DNA of 60,501 bases, the filler included, from Bipalium vagum (taxonomy: Eukaryota): NCBI GenBank assembly GCA_037834085.1. It is 3 parts of 3 records of this genome, joined end to end, with 100 filler letters (N's around TTAATTAATTAA, not from the genome) between each part and the next. Parts side by side here need not be neighbours in the genome. Positions count along the whole stretch, not along the records: positions 21,919 to 44,140 come from JBBMKC010225443.1; 2 more parts are not named here. One strand, written 5' to 3'. The translations under genes were made by a program, and so were the position numbers. Below are positions 23,961 to 37,809 of the stretch, piece by piece; position 1 is the first letter of the stretch; each line of letters starts with the position of its first letter. The notes beneath the pieces were generated by a model that saw nothing but the letters and a program-made list of their open reading frames with translations, was not told the origin of the DNA and did no database searches.

Positions 23961-25624
23961 ACTGTTGAACGAGTATTATTACTAAGGCTGCCCTTCAAAG
24001 CGCGAACGAACTTTTATAAACAACAGGGATGAACAACGAAAATTTCTGTCATTACCTAATTTTGTCGGACCTTTTCAATCAGACTCCATTTATTACATAT
24101 TTGGATCAATTTTTATTATGAAAGGTCTTATTTTGAGGAAACTATGATAAAATGCCTTTTATGACTTTATCGATACACTATCATTAGGTTTTTTCGTGAT
24201 TGAAATAAACAAATTTTCATTAAGTTCGCAGAAATATTTTTTAGGTTGAAAAAATATATTGAATAAATGTTATTAACCTTCGATTGGTACAAAATAAACC
24301 AAAATTTAATTAAAAATTGTTTATTATAATTTTATTAATAATCAATAATATTGATTTTTATTAAGATGATAGAAAAACAAAAATAACATTAAAACGACAT
24401 AAGTATAATAATAAGAATTGAAGAATTTTGCAATATCATTCATGATAAGTTGAAAATAAAAAAATAGGAAAATTAATGTATTTTATTTAAATAAAAAATA
24501 AAAATATTAAAAAAGCATAAATCAAAAAGATAAAATTTAAAAACAAGAAAATATTAATGTTAGATAAATTTAAGATTTGAAAAATATATAATAAACAATC
24601 ATAATTTTTTATTATAAAAAATAAATAGGAAATAATTTTTCTTTAATTATTTCTTAAAATTTGAATGATATATGAAATCATAAATTGAAAGAATTAATTA
24701 TAAAATTTGGTAAAGATCAACAAGTTGATGACAAGAAATTCGATACTTTATTTGCTATGAAAATAATCAAGGTTTTGCGCCCAGACTCGGAATGTCAACA
24801 GAGTTGTGATATATATAGTCTAATGACCCTATCCAAAGTAAACCTGTATATATAACAGTTATGGGCTTAATTTAATTTACAATAGTTCTATTCTCTTCTA
24901 TCATTAGCATTCCAAAAGGTATTGTTTGATTTATTGTTTATAAGAATTTAGAAGATACACTGGAGGATAATAAATACAGAAAATTCTGAAAAGGAAAACG
25001 TTATAAATCATTATTGCCTTGCTTGATTTAAATAATGCCCATACAGTCTCTATTTGTCTCTATTCTCTTGCTATTTGAGTTCCAGCAATTTTCGAAATCT
25101 CTAACCGGACTGTGATTCATTTGCATTAAAGTCAATTTCTTTTATGCAAATTTTCTATATTAACGTTTTGGGATAATTTTTTATTTAATTAATGATAAAT
25201 GATAAAAATATAAATTGATTTTATATTTACGGGGATATATATTTCCATATAATTATTGATATTATTTAAATTTTATTGTGTAATTCAAAAATTTTATGAA
25301 GCTGGAAGAGCTTATAAAATAATTTTATATATAAATATTTACTTCGGACTGTAGATATCAAAGAGTTTTATAAACATAAAATATAAATAATATTCAATAG
25401 ATAATTGATTTTATGTGGAAAGAGGTCTCTAGTCTAAAACTTATAATTGATAATAAAATTTTCTTCATTGGGACAGAAATGAAATAAGATTCTAACAAAA
25501 TATATAGTTAAATATTGTGGAAGTATGCTTTAAGAATAAAATCTTATCTAACGTTGAAAACTTTAATTGATTTTAATTTATTCTTATTTTATATCCATTA
25601 AATAAATGAACTCTTTAATTAATT

Positions 25625-26000
25625 TTATATTAACTTAAATATAATAATTGTTATTATTTTATTTTTCCGAAAAAAATTAATTCGTCGACTAATCTCACGC
25701 TGTGACAAGCCAGCATGTGTGTATAAAGAAGCAATGATTATTGGGTTCTCTTCAGAAGTATCCACGTATATATCCATACATATGTCAATAGTATAGCATC
25801 GATTAATAACATCAATCAATAATTAACAATAATTAATATGAACCCAATAGAAAATCTTTGAGAAATGAATAAGCAGAAGAGAAATGACAAATACAAGTGA
25901 AAATGAGCTTATGACATCTGCGTTCGAGATAATGAAGTGAATACTAAATCAAAAGAGACATGTTAGTAGATGGTATGCTCTGTCCATCGAGGCTGTTTTC
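25625..26000. mobile_element. Rearranged Tc1-like fragments
   Basis: Minus-strand HTH-like AGLSQREISRRI next to plus-strand MNPIENL* (NPIENLW motif). Confidence 0.5.
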
Positions 26001-27360
26001 AATAGATATATAATTTCAATGTTTTCAATGTTGATATATAATAAACTTTTTGAAATTTATGAATTACCGGTAATTACAATTGTTTAGTTCTCTAATAGAA
26101 CATTTTTGTATTCATTGACTTTTACCTTAATAATAATAATTTAAACCAAAATTTAAAAATATATATTGTTACCAAATTAATATGGTGCCTACTAAATTCA
26201 TACACCTTTGCTTCTTCGCATTTTATTTCATTTTTATTTTTGAAAAACTGAAAGAAATGTACTACTACAGAAAGGACAATAAATTCAAATAAATATAAAT
26301 TATTATTTTGGTTCTATTTATTTATATTATCTATTTTGCAAATAAAGATTTATTGTTAAATGATGCTTGCAAAGAATTAATCAAAAGGAATTAATACAAA
26401 AACATCACTTTAGAAAATAAAATAGTAATTTACAATAAAATGTTATGGGTACGAATTTAAACAATAAAATCAGAGCAAGAAAATTCGACTAATTTTATAT
26501 TATAAAACTCTTTTTTGTTTATGGGCCTAATATTCTAAACACAAATAAAACGAAATTATACGAAAATAATTTCCTGTGATGATATGAAAGCAATAGTTAA
26601 ATAATTAAGGATAAATCACAATTGATCATCATTAAAAATTAATCATCTTAGCAAGAATTATCAAAGAATCAATAAATAAAAATTCTTTGTTTATAAATAA
26701 TATATAATTATTTATAAATAATTGCAATTTCAATATAATTCATTAACAATTTTTTACATATATTTGAGTTTTTTATAATTTTAATTCCGTTGGTCGTTTT
26801 AATGTTAAAATGTTTATTTTATTATAATTTCAGAATTATACTAAGATTTTTAATAATAAAATATTCTTAATGTAGACCATAATTTTTAATAAATTCCTAT
26901 AAGATTAACACTTCAAAACAACAATTGTGACATTGAAAATGATATTTTATAATAATTATTGCTTTTAACCCAGTTATATGATTCCTTCTATATTTCAATT
27001 TAACAATCAATCAAAATAAACACAGATGTAAATTAATAATTTATAATTTTATATAATACTTTATAATTTAATGTATGAATTTTGATATGATAAAAAAATT
27101 AATTGTAACTCTATAAAATTGGAAATTATTTTCTTTCACATTAAACCTATTTTTTCTCGTATAAAATATTATGCTGTTGTGGTATAAAAACATTGGGAAA
27201 ATATGATTACGATATTATATTGTATAATTATTTATAATTTAAAAATACAAAATAACCTTATTCACATGAAGCTAATTTGTAAATCTTTATTTCAGTGTGA
27301 TATGAAATTAAAAATCAAATAGATGTCTTAAAATTTTTTTTCATCGTTTGTCAATAAATT

Positions 27361-29760
27361 ATTGGGTTTGAAATAAATTAATTTTTTATAGATATTTTAA
27401 ATCAATTTATCTTTTTGTTATTAGGTGTACAACTATAACTCCGGATTTTTTTAAAATGATGATATAAAAAATTTTGCATATATATCTAAATTATATTGAA
27501 TTGATTTATAAACAAAAATATCGTTTAATTAGTAATATCACGAGATAGTTGTTTTAATATTCCTTGTTTAAATATTATAGCAATTCAAAATGGTCCATAT
27601 TCATTCAAATAAACGACATTTGCGGGATGTAATTCTACATTACATTATTGCCAAGAAAAACTGAAGCGGAAAAATATCGCTTGCTTCGAGATACCTATGG
27701 AGAGCATGCTCCTTCGATGACCACATGTAAAGATTGGTTTTGCCGTTTTAGAAATGGCCAATATGATACGAACGACAAGGAGCATGGGAAGCCACAAAAA
27801 CAATGTGAAGATAGAGATTTCAGAAGGCTGTTGGACGAAGACCCATGCCTAACACAATCTGATCTGGCTTTCGCATTAAATGTGACTCAAAATGCATTTC
27901 AAAAAGTTTGACAGCTTTAGGAATTATTAGAAAATTAGGACTTTGGATCTCACGTGAATTGTCACGCATTGAACGGCGAAAAACAATTTGTGATGTTGTT
28001 TTCTTCAGAGACAAAAAAGGAAAACTTTTTTGCATCAAATTATCACAGGAGACGAAAAATGGATTCCTTATGACAATTCAAAACGCAAAGCAGCTTAAGT
28101 GATGCCAGGTGAACCTGGTCCATCAACACCGAAACAAAATGTCCATGGTTTGAAAGTTATGTTGTGTATCTGGTGGGATCAGAAAGGAATGATCTATTAT
28201 GAATTTTTAAAATCTTCTCAAACATTAACTGGTGAACTTTATCGATCACAATTAAATCGTTTGAAGCAAGCTTTGAATAAAAAACGACTGGAATTGGTGA
28301 CTAGACACGAAAAGATAATTTTATAACATAATAACGCAAGACCACATGTTAATTCAGTTGTAAATAATTACTTAGAAAGTACGAAATGGGAAGTCTTACC
28401 TCACCCGCCCTATTCACCAGACATCACTCCTTCGAATTACCATTTGTTCCGCTCTTTGCAATCAGCACTTTTCGGAGAGTGGTTCAGTTCCCTTGAAGAC
28501 CTCCAAAATTGGATTTACAGTTGGATTTCATCAAAAGAGCCAGAGTTTTATTTTCATAGAATTCATTCGTTACCTAAAACGTTGGCAAAAGTATCAGCTT
28601 CCAATATAACATATTTTCAATAAATATTTTTAAATAAAATTTGTAATAAATGTCTTTGTTTTCTTATTTAAAAAAAGTCGGAGTCAAAGTTGTACACCTA
28701 ATAAATTAAATAATCATTGTTTAAATAATGTTAAAAGTCGATGGATTCAAATTTTAATTACTAAGTTAATTTCTTTGATTGCTTTTTTGATTTTCTATTT
28801 TTCAACTGAAAGTTCTGGAAAATCGGAAAACTTATTTGAACATATTTTACTTTTTTATCAGAAAGAAAAGAATATTTGGATTATGTGGATGATGTATTAA
28901 ATGAACGCAAATGTCGGAATTGGTGGTTGAAAAATTCTGAAAGTAGTTTTTTTCAAAGATATAGGTGTTCGCTAGATGTCAATAACGAAGAAATCAAGAT
29001 CATCACAGAATAGCAAATGACATTGCAAAGAGACTCAGCTTATGAAATTCAACCACCAAAAACCATCTCAAGCATATGGATACGGAAAAAACTGAGCTTA
29101 TCTGTTCCTTACCAAATTAAGGAAATTAAAATTTTCTTATTAAAAGAATTGGAAAATTGTGAAAAATAAATATGCTACAATAATGTTCATCGGAAAATAT
29201 TAAGAAACAAGTCGGAAGATGCAGTGCAGATGTTGTCCAAGACTGTTAATCATCAAAAGAAAGTTATGCTATATGTTTGTTGAGATTATGTCAAAAAACC
29301 AAAGCATTAATGATATTTCCATTGATCAGTTGACAAAATTGAGTATATTTCTCTGAAATCTGGATGAAACGTTTAAAATGGCAAACAGTTAAGGTATTGA
29401 TTTTATTCATGATAATGCAAAACCACACACTTCTTTTGCCACTCGGCAAATGTTATTGAATCTTAATTGAGAGCTACTGCCATAGCATATGCCTCGTTAT
29501 TTTCGATTACTATTTGTTTCGCTCTATGCAAAACCTCTTGACTGGTAAAACTTTTACTGATGACGGTAATGTTAAATCCAACTTATTGATATTTTTGCAG
29601 AAGAACCAAAGAAGTTATATGAACAAAATATTTTATAATTCGAGGAAGATGGCAATAAATTATTAATAACTATGGACAACTCATGATTTAATAAAAATAT
29701 ATAGTTTCATGATTTTTGTTTCTTCAAAAAATCGGTAAATCAATTTTTGTCAACCCAATA
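27361..29760 (+). mobile_element. Older degraded mariner (mellifera-like), apparently interrupted by the 27421-28701 element
   Basis: Left end TATTGGGTTTGAAATAAATT at ~27360, right end AATTTTTGTCAACCCAATA at 29760. Decayed transposase 28815-29690 (HILLFY, HQKKVMLYVC*DY, HDNAKPHTS, DYYLFRSMQN). Confidence 0.75.
27421..28701 (+). mobile_element. Full-length (1281 bp) mariner element, Mos1/mauritiana-like, inactivated by frameshifts
   Basis: TIRs TTAGGTGTACAACTATAACTCCG / CGGAGTCAAAGTTGTACACCTAA, TA on both flanks. Transposase pieces TYGEHAPSMTTCKDWF, ITGDEKWIPYDN, KVMLCIWWDQKG, HNNARPH, HPPYSPDITPSNYHLF. Confidence 0.95.
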
Positions 29761-29999
29761 TTTAAATTCGAATAAAAGGCAGTACGCAATTACTAACATT
29801 TTTTGAAAATTTTAGAATTTTAGCATTTCTTACAGATTTTGAGGCTTGATCAATTAAGTAATTTTCAGCTGATTGTTCAATTTGTGAATACTTTTTTAAA
29901 GGTTATTAGGAAAAAATAAATTGCTAACAGATTTTATATCAGAAAATTTTTCTTAGGAAAAAGTTTCATTAAGCTAATTATAATTAGGCAAACACAAGT

Positions 30000-30260
30000 C
30001 AAGAATATGAAGACCTCAAAGATTAGTTTTCATTATAGATAGCATAACCCATTTACCTAGTCTCCAGTGAGACTCGTCTTTTTTATAGTGAAATATCAAT
30101 TTCCTTTTAGGTACCCGTACTTAACCTTAAGAAAGACTTAATTATTCGAAGAAGCTTGGTGCATTAATTGTATCTGCAAAATTTTAAAATTAAATGTCAT
30201 ATGCAATCCCAGTAAATACATAGGAAAGCCTTCCTCTGATATAACTCTTGTTGGAAGGGC
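30000..30260 (-). mobile_element. Small mariner transposase fragment
   Basis: QELYQRKAFLCIYWDC resembles HPKKVMLCIWWD. Confidence 0.45.
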
Positions 30261-31812
30261 AGGTATTGGTACTTCATTATTTTCAATAAAACCAAGAAGA
30301 CCTCTGAATTGCCACAGTAATTTAAGTTACCCTTTTCTGAATAACTAACAAAAAGTCTTGGTTTCTTTGCATCTCTGTAATAATTATATAATTGAAACAG
30401 TTTGGAATAACGAATTATTTTTGACAATTTTTTTATATATTCAAAAAAATGAATATTTGACGATTCTTTTTTTATTCTTTTGGTGGCACCTTTGCCATTA
30501 GAAAAGTCAGGAAAACATTCAACATATAAAGTTATAATACAAGTCGATGGTCGATATTTTGGTGATTAAAAAAAATAAACCATAAAATTTAAATAATTTT
30601 ATCGATGGATCTCCTATGAAACAAAAAGAAAAATAAAGTGTGAAAATATTTTTGTAAGAAGAAAATAATACAAAAATTGACTTAAAGAAGGGTACCGTCA
30701 AAACTCTTTCAGTGGTGCAAAATAAGCTTCAAAAAGAAAAGTGGAAAATAATTATTGATTACAAAATATTTCTCAGAATTCTGAAAAACGTGTGGGCTAA
30801 ATTCTTAGATCACTTAATATGTATTATATATTTACGAATTTATCAATTAGTACCAATGTTTCCTTTCTGTGATAAATTTCCATTTATTTTAGACTTTCGT
30901 AGATATAACTGAAGTAAGAAAATACCTTTTCCTCGTTAAATTCATTTGCACTATTAAGAATACAATGGGGTTTTATTTTCTTTAATTAGCGAATTTTCAA
31001 TGGAAGTGATTATGAAATAAAAATTGAGAATAATATAAAGGAATTATCAAAATTAAACATTCGCCTAGGCTGGGTGTGATCTTAAAGCAAAATAATCTTC
31101 TTTATTTTGAGGTTTTCTACAGACTACTGGACAAATAAATTTGGATTACTTTATATTATTTATTTCATTTTTAAATAAGCCCGTTAGTTTTAATTAATTA
31201 GACATTTATTTATTTATTATTTCTATTCTTAACCAATTACCGGAAAAGGATAAAACAAAAGCATAATAAAATTATTTTTTTATTTAATTATATTTTTTCT
31301 ATCTTGGCAGTTTTTCATATATTTAATTATTATATTTAATTACTATTCAACGATTTCTCTTCAAGATAGAATTCTATTAGTAACTTTTACTTTATGATTT
31401 ACTTCATTTAATTCGTTACCTTGACGGTAAGGTTAAGTAATTTTTTAAATTTAAATAATTAAAACCTTATATTAATCTACTCGATTTATAGTTTGGTGAC
31501 TATTTTAGTTTCAATTTTTATTAATATATTATTTCTAAAATCGATAAATCTAGGAAGATCTTATATCCAGTTTGTTTCCCCTACTTATCTCTTCAAATTT
31601 GGTATATATCGTTTCTTCTGATTTCATTCTCTACTGACAACACAATAATTTCTGGTTTGATTCTTCACTGTGCTTTTCTATTATGTAATTAATGATATTG
31701 TCACTATCTTTCTGGTTTTCATATCTTCGGTTTTAATTTTTTATTAGCTTTTCTCCTTTTTGTTCTTTTACATAATTGTCCCTTTTTGGCTAACCAAAAT
31801 ATTATTAATTTA

Positions 31813-31927
31813 TTAGGTGTGAAAAAGTTTCCTTATTCGGAATAAAGATGCCACAATTGAAATGTGTAGTAATAAATTAATGATATATGTCATTTGAAAC
31901 TGTCAGGAAACTTATTCACACACCTAA
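31813..31927. mobile_element. 115-bp mariner-derived MITE
   Basis: TA|TTAGGTGTGAAAAAGTTTCCT ... AGGAAACTTATTCACACACCTAA|TA: inverted termini with TA flanks and no coding capacity. Confidence 0.85.
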
Positions 31928-33249
31928 TATGCTAATAAAACATGTAACTCAATTTTTACGCTTTGATAAAAAATATTTGTCGCTTACTTTTGTTTCTAAC
32001 TATATTCTAGTGGTAAAATAAATTTATTTGTGGTAAACAATTTATTAAATATTTATTAATTTAAATAATTATTTATATTTAATTAAATTTTAAAATTATT
32101 GTTATTACATCTGTTAGTAGTGGCTAAAAAATCTGTAGTCTCCATAACAATTTATAAATTCAAACCGTTTTCTGTTTTGTTGAATTTGCTATAAAAAGAA
32201 ATGAAATTCTAATATTTTTCACATATAATTTTTCGTAATATATAATAATATTATATTATATATATTATAATTCGAATATATTGAGATTTAAAATTTATTC
32301 TTGTTTTTATTAAACATTTAATTTACACTTTTATTTAATTATTAAAATCTTTTAGCTCAAAATACTGCAAATTAAATTTAAGAATCAAATATGTTACTCA
32401 GATATTTTTAGCTTCTCTCAACATCAATGTTATTGTTTACAAAGTCTTATCAATGTATTTTCAGCAAATGACGATAAATCTTTGAATAACGTTTGACATC
32501 AGCCGAGTAATGATAAATTAATAAAATTAAAATTATCTGAAAACGAATAAATCCAAATTATTTTAATTGAAACTTATTATTAAATCATGTTGAGATCGAT
32601 AGATAAAATTGTTTTCAAGGAGCTCCCTTTTATTTTAGGCAATGATTGGAAGCACATTTTATATATCAAATCTTGATTCTGGTGGTTTTTTATAGATAAA
32701 ACTACAAATCTCGTCTGCTCTTGTTAAATCAGCCCAACCCATACCATCAATTTAATGGATATTTTCTCTTTGAAAAAGTCCATCTTCTACATTTTCTAAT
32801 TTCCTTGGCACAGCATAATTTTCATTATTTCTTCAATGATGTTTTTCTTAACTGACATGAACCCGTCTTGCGTTTACCGGTGTTAGACTTAGATATATAA
32901 GACATTTTCAATTGTCTGTACCATTTTAATCTTGTCATTTTGAATTTCCAATAGTTCCTCTGTAACAGCCTAATCTAATGTTAACTTCCTTATTGTTTCT
33001 TTTTCTTTTTGGTATAAGTTTCCTTTTATTTTTCCCACAAATGCATTTCTTTTACGGTTCTTGCAAATAATTTTAGTCATTATTTGTCAGTTTAGTCAGT
33101 CTATAAAATGTGGACTTTGGTATTGTTTTAATAGAGCAATATACATTGATATTTAAATATAAATATTAAATTATAAACAGTGATGGTTTAAAAATTTGTG
33201 TTAATTAAGGTTTATATCCACTTATCAAACGTTTTAATATTTTATGTAG

Positions 33250-33348
33250 TTCATAATCACGGTCGTTCTTTTAACGAACAAACATATATATGGATTGGAG
33301 CAATAACGGACAAAAGAGATACAAAGCAGTTCGAAGGAACACTTTCAG
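33250..33348 (+). CDS. NRXN: Neurexin-like gene, LNS exon B
   Basis: atgtag|(F)HNHGRSFNEQTYIWIGAITDKRDTKQFEGTLS+G|gtaact, 99 nt, phase 1 to 1. Resembles neurexin GRQLTIFNSQATIIIGG...FQGQLSG. Confidence 0.82.
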
Positions 33349-34264
33349 GTAACTTGAGCAGATTTATTTTTCGATTTTATAATATTTTTGTATACTTTTC
33401 ATATATTAATATATTAATAAATATATCTGCTATTTATCTCTCTATAATTAAGTGAATAATAATACCATTTCCGTTTGTTATTCTTGCATGAAGATTATAA
33501 TTATTATCATTAAATAAAATTTTGGTTCTTAATTTTTTTATTAGAATTTTGGCAAATATCATATTATTTGTTCTACCCTTTATAAGTCTAACATTATAAT
33601 GAAAGAGATACGACTAGAATTCTTTTATAATTTAGGTAATAATATCAATATATTTTCAAACATAAAAACTTTTGAAACCTTCTCAAAAAAGTAAAACTTT
33701 CTTCATTACAAAGTCAGTTATTACCTTTCATAATTTATGGTGATTTTCATGCGAACTAAAATATATTCTATTATTCCTTTCTTTCCTATTCGGTTGTCTT
33801 AAAAAATTGTCTTCCAAATTCTAAAGTCATAGTTAAAAATTATTAATAAATTATTTGTTTAAATCATCATGTAATAATGTTGATTTTAAAAAATTAGAGT
33901 GTTTTAAAAATATTTTTTGTGTATTATAATAGTTTTAATGCAAAAAGACATCGAAATAATATTTAGCATATTCCATTTACGTAATTAAGATATATAATTA
34001 TTTTGATTTCTGAAAGAAAACATTTTCCTTAAAATTATATTATATTTCATTTCAAATCAGCTCAGACAATTTTTTAATTTTTATTAATTAATTCTTAGGC
34101 ATTATGGAGGAAGATGTAGATTCACGTATTTGTGTATATTACGTAGTTTTTAAAAGATTAATGAATTTATTGAAATATACAGGGAAGAAGTTACCTAATA
34201 CATAACATAACATAAAATATGTTAATCTTCAATATTTAAAATTAAGTTTTATTATTTTGATTCA

Positions 34265-35150
34265 TACGTAGGCGGTTGGGAAATTTTTGGAATCCAGGAC
34301 CAGAAAATTAAATACCAAAACAAAAAAGTACTTTCTCTTCAAAATAATTTCCTTTAAAGTCAACACACTTTTGCATATGATTGAACCATTTTTCAGGCCA
34401 TTTTTCCATTTTAAGCTCGGTACTTTAGATATCAATACCTCAAATTTTGCAGTAATTGCTTTAAGCAACAAAAAGTGCTCACCAATTAATTTCTTTTGAT
34501 TGGTTAGAAACAAAAAAAGTTATAAGATGATAATCTAGATGAATGTGGACTAAGTGTCATTAATTCTTTTAGTTTTGGTGGCTGAGAAATCGAAAATTTT
34601 AGTTGTCATCATAAAGATAATTTTGTCAATTTCTATTTTTCTCCTTAATTTTTGAAATCGTCTTTGGTAATAAAATTTTTTTATCATTCAGCATTGAAAA
34701 TTCTTCGATTTTCTAAATTTATCGTTGTCACATGTCCTTTTAAACCGTAGAATCAGGCAATCATTTTCTTTTCACAATGAGATCGAACAATTTTTCTTGT
34801 TTTTGAATCACCTTTAAATACTAAATCAGTTAATTGTGGTCACTTAGATTTTTACAAATAAGTCAAAGTTTTCAGAAATTTAAACATTTTCAGAAAATGT
34901 AAAATTTTGTGAGATCCAATGAGTACATACCTTCAGATTATAGTGCAAAATGGTCTCAGTTGCTTTCATGCCAATACTAATGAATGCCTCAGTTTTGATT
35001 CTTTTAATTATTGCACATCATTAGTATAATTGACAAAAATGAACGATGACGCACGACTCTCACGAAATTTGTTCTAAAGATTTTGCTTCCACGCTGAAAT
35101 TCTGTAAATCGTTTTTAGACCCAGGTCTTTTATAGTGCTTCATTCCGGAA
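34265..35150 (-). mobile_element. Degraded mariner element
   Basis: Terminus TACGTAGGCGGTTGGGAAATTTTT. Minus-strand 3' end encodes CVDFKGNYFE, and a decayed SPHSSRL..FLF motif is present. Same family as the copy at 48003-48960. Confidence 0.7.
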
Positions 35151-35779
35151 ACCTAAATTAATTACATCTAGACATTGTTCTGATGTATTTTATAGTAAAT
35201 CATCAAATAATAATTATCAAATAGTTTTTATTTTTCTTTTATAACTTTCATTTCAAATGTTTATTTACTTTAAAAAATTCATTAATTATTTTAGATTTAT
35301 TCAAATGATTTATAGTAATTCAATATCAAATAATTATTAACCTATTCTGAAAGATGAAGAAAGTTTTGTCTATCAGTCATTTTGATTAATAAATATTTTG
35401 CTTCATTGCAACTCTAGTGTTTAAAAAGGAATTCAAAAACATACTCTATTTTTAACCAATTTTATATAATCAATTAAATTGATTTTACCCATATATATCG
35501 TGTTTTCCATAATATAATACCTGGTCTCATAATAAATATTTTTAAGAAAATGACAGAAATTCAAATTAGGTCTTATAATCGAGGTAGGTTTATATTTAGA
35601 TTGTTTTTAAAAAAAAATAATAAAATAAATAAAAGACATGGTTTAATCAATGATAATTATATCATCATCAAGTTGCAATCCATCCAGAGTTCCTATTTTG
35701 AGATTTTTGTTCTTCAAGAGATCAACAAACTAAAAATCCCAATCGTTTTGAAAAAGATGTTTTGTAAATGAGTAATTTG

Positions 35780-36120
35780 AGTCAAGATATCCTACTGGAA
35801 GCGCATTCATAACACAAGTGTCAGTTATCTTTTCTCAAGCTCTCTTGACCCAGGTAACTACTTCAAATAATCCTAGTTTAAAAAGATTTCCTGTTACGTA
35901 CCATTTTTTCAATATACTCATGAATTTCACATCGTATATAGTCCTTAAATGGCTGGTCGATAACTTTATCTAAAGGTGAAAATATGATGTCATACCCGCT
36001 GGAATCATAACTTGGTCAAATCTTCTATGTGATAAAAACAGTCTCAATTTTTCCAATGTACGTAGAGGTTTCATCCATTACAATTATGTTGGCAGGTACA
36101 TACTCGGTACACTCTCTCTT
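35780..36120 (-). mobile_element. pogo/Tigger-type DDE transposase fragment
   Basis: VMIPAGMTSYF/PLDKVIDQPFKDYIR...VVTWVKRA*EKI (IPGGLTSILQPLDV..NKPFK-type motif) with frameshifts. Confidence 0.75.
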
Positions 36121-36738
36121 ATCGATCTGGGATTTACTTATTGAGTAGGATTTATATTGATATTATGGAAACTCGCATTTCACAAAACTCATACATCATC
36201 ACAATTATATTGATATATAAAATCTTTAATCGCAAGGTAAGATGTAATATTTTGAGATTCTCTGATTTTATTTCATATTAACTATCATTTCCATTTTAAT
36301 TTATTCATTTGTCAATAGTTTTAAGATAGTAATAATAAATTGGTCTCATTTTTATTGAAAGTATTATTTTATCAGACTTCTTGGATTCAAATCAGGTCTG
36401 GAATTAAGGATCTCTTAGTGATAAACTGAATATGATGTCCTAGATTATGTCAAACAGACTGAACATATTTATATAATGTTCATTATAATAACATTAATAG
36501 ATATGATTAAATTATTATCTGTAGAAATATTATTTTTTAATTTAAATGTGAATATAAATAGAAAAAGGCTAAAAACATCACAATATTTTATGAAAAACTG
36601 AAAAATCAAAATAAATAGTAAGGAGTATGAAATTTAACATGTTTCATCAAAGCATATTTTCATATATATATTCACATATTTTTAATCATATAATTAAAAT
36701 AAATAAAGTTGAAGAAATTTATAAATTGTTCATATTAG

Positions 36739-36877
36739 GCTTATATTTCAACGGGATGAAAGTCACTCACATTCTGGAAAATAAAAACGAATTTCCATTT
36801 CTACAAATAAGTTCCATCGGGGACATATATCTCAATTCGACAGCCAAAATTCAATTGCCAAAAAACTCTGACCTGAT
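36739..36877 (+). CDS. NRXN: Neurexin-like gene, LNS exon C
   Basis: attag|(G)LYFNGMKVTHILENKNEFPFLQISSIGDIYLNSTAKIQLPKNSDL+AT|gtaaga, phase 1 to 2. Resembles neurexin [28 protein letters not shown]. Confidence 0.82.
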
Positions 36878-37809
36878 GTAAGAAGCTTTTCTGTAGATTA
36901 GTATACAAGAGATTTTATAATAAAGTAACTCAATGTTTTTTATGAATATTAATAATAAAGCAAACGTTAGCGTTTCAGAAAGATGTGAGTTTTCTCTTTC
37001 CAATTGCAAATGGTATTTCATTTTCGAAGTCCACATTGCGTGAGATAAATATTTCGAAATTCAACATATTTCGCAAGGCTAACTCATTATGATTTCTCAT
37101 TTCAATTTTTAGCCTGATCATTATTTTTCTTCTCAAAAATCTGATTTTTTCTTCTCATATCATAACACCTTTTATTGTTTTCAATTCAGCAAATTTATAT
37201 ATTATATTTATAAGTATTACTTCAACAGAGATTTTTAATATCTTTAAAAATGAGATTGTAGAATCATCTTGACTCTTAAATGCAAATTATGGATCGGACT
37301 CAATAAATGCGTGGTTGGTTCGAGAAAAAAGATATGGAAAATGAAAACTTCGCTCTAATACTTTTATATTAAAACATCTAGGGTCTCCTGTTTTTTCTCA
37401 ACGTAATTGCCGTTTCCATTAGCACTCGATTTGCACTGTGTAACAAAATCATCAGATGTTTTCTGATAAGTATAAAAAACGCGATTATCAATAAAATTTT
37501 TTGACTTTTTAATTTTTTTTGAATCTTCAGTTTTGTCTAGTTAAATGAAATATTACTATGTTCAAAAAGTAAGTCGACTGTCAAAATAAAACAAAATTTA
37601 TTTAATCACCAAATTTTATTTTGTCTCCTCCAAAGTACTCTCCTCTCGTCCCGATTCACATGCGCTAAAGTTTAATTCAATTCAAAATCCAAAATTCTAA
37701 TCCAAATCTAATTTGAAAATTTCCAACCACAAAACTTTCATTGAAAGTAAAGTAACAATGAAATTGATTTCACTGAAGAGTTTCATTTTTTTATTCTTTT
37801 TCCATTGTA

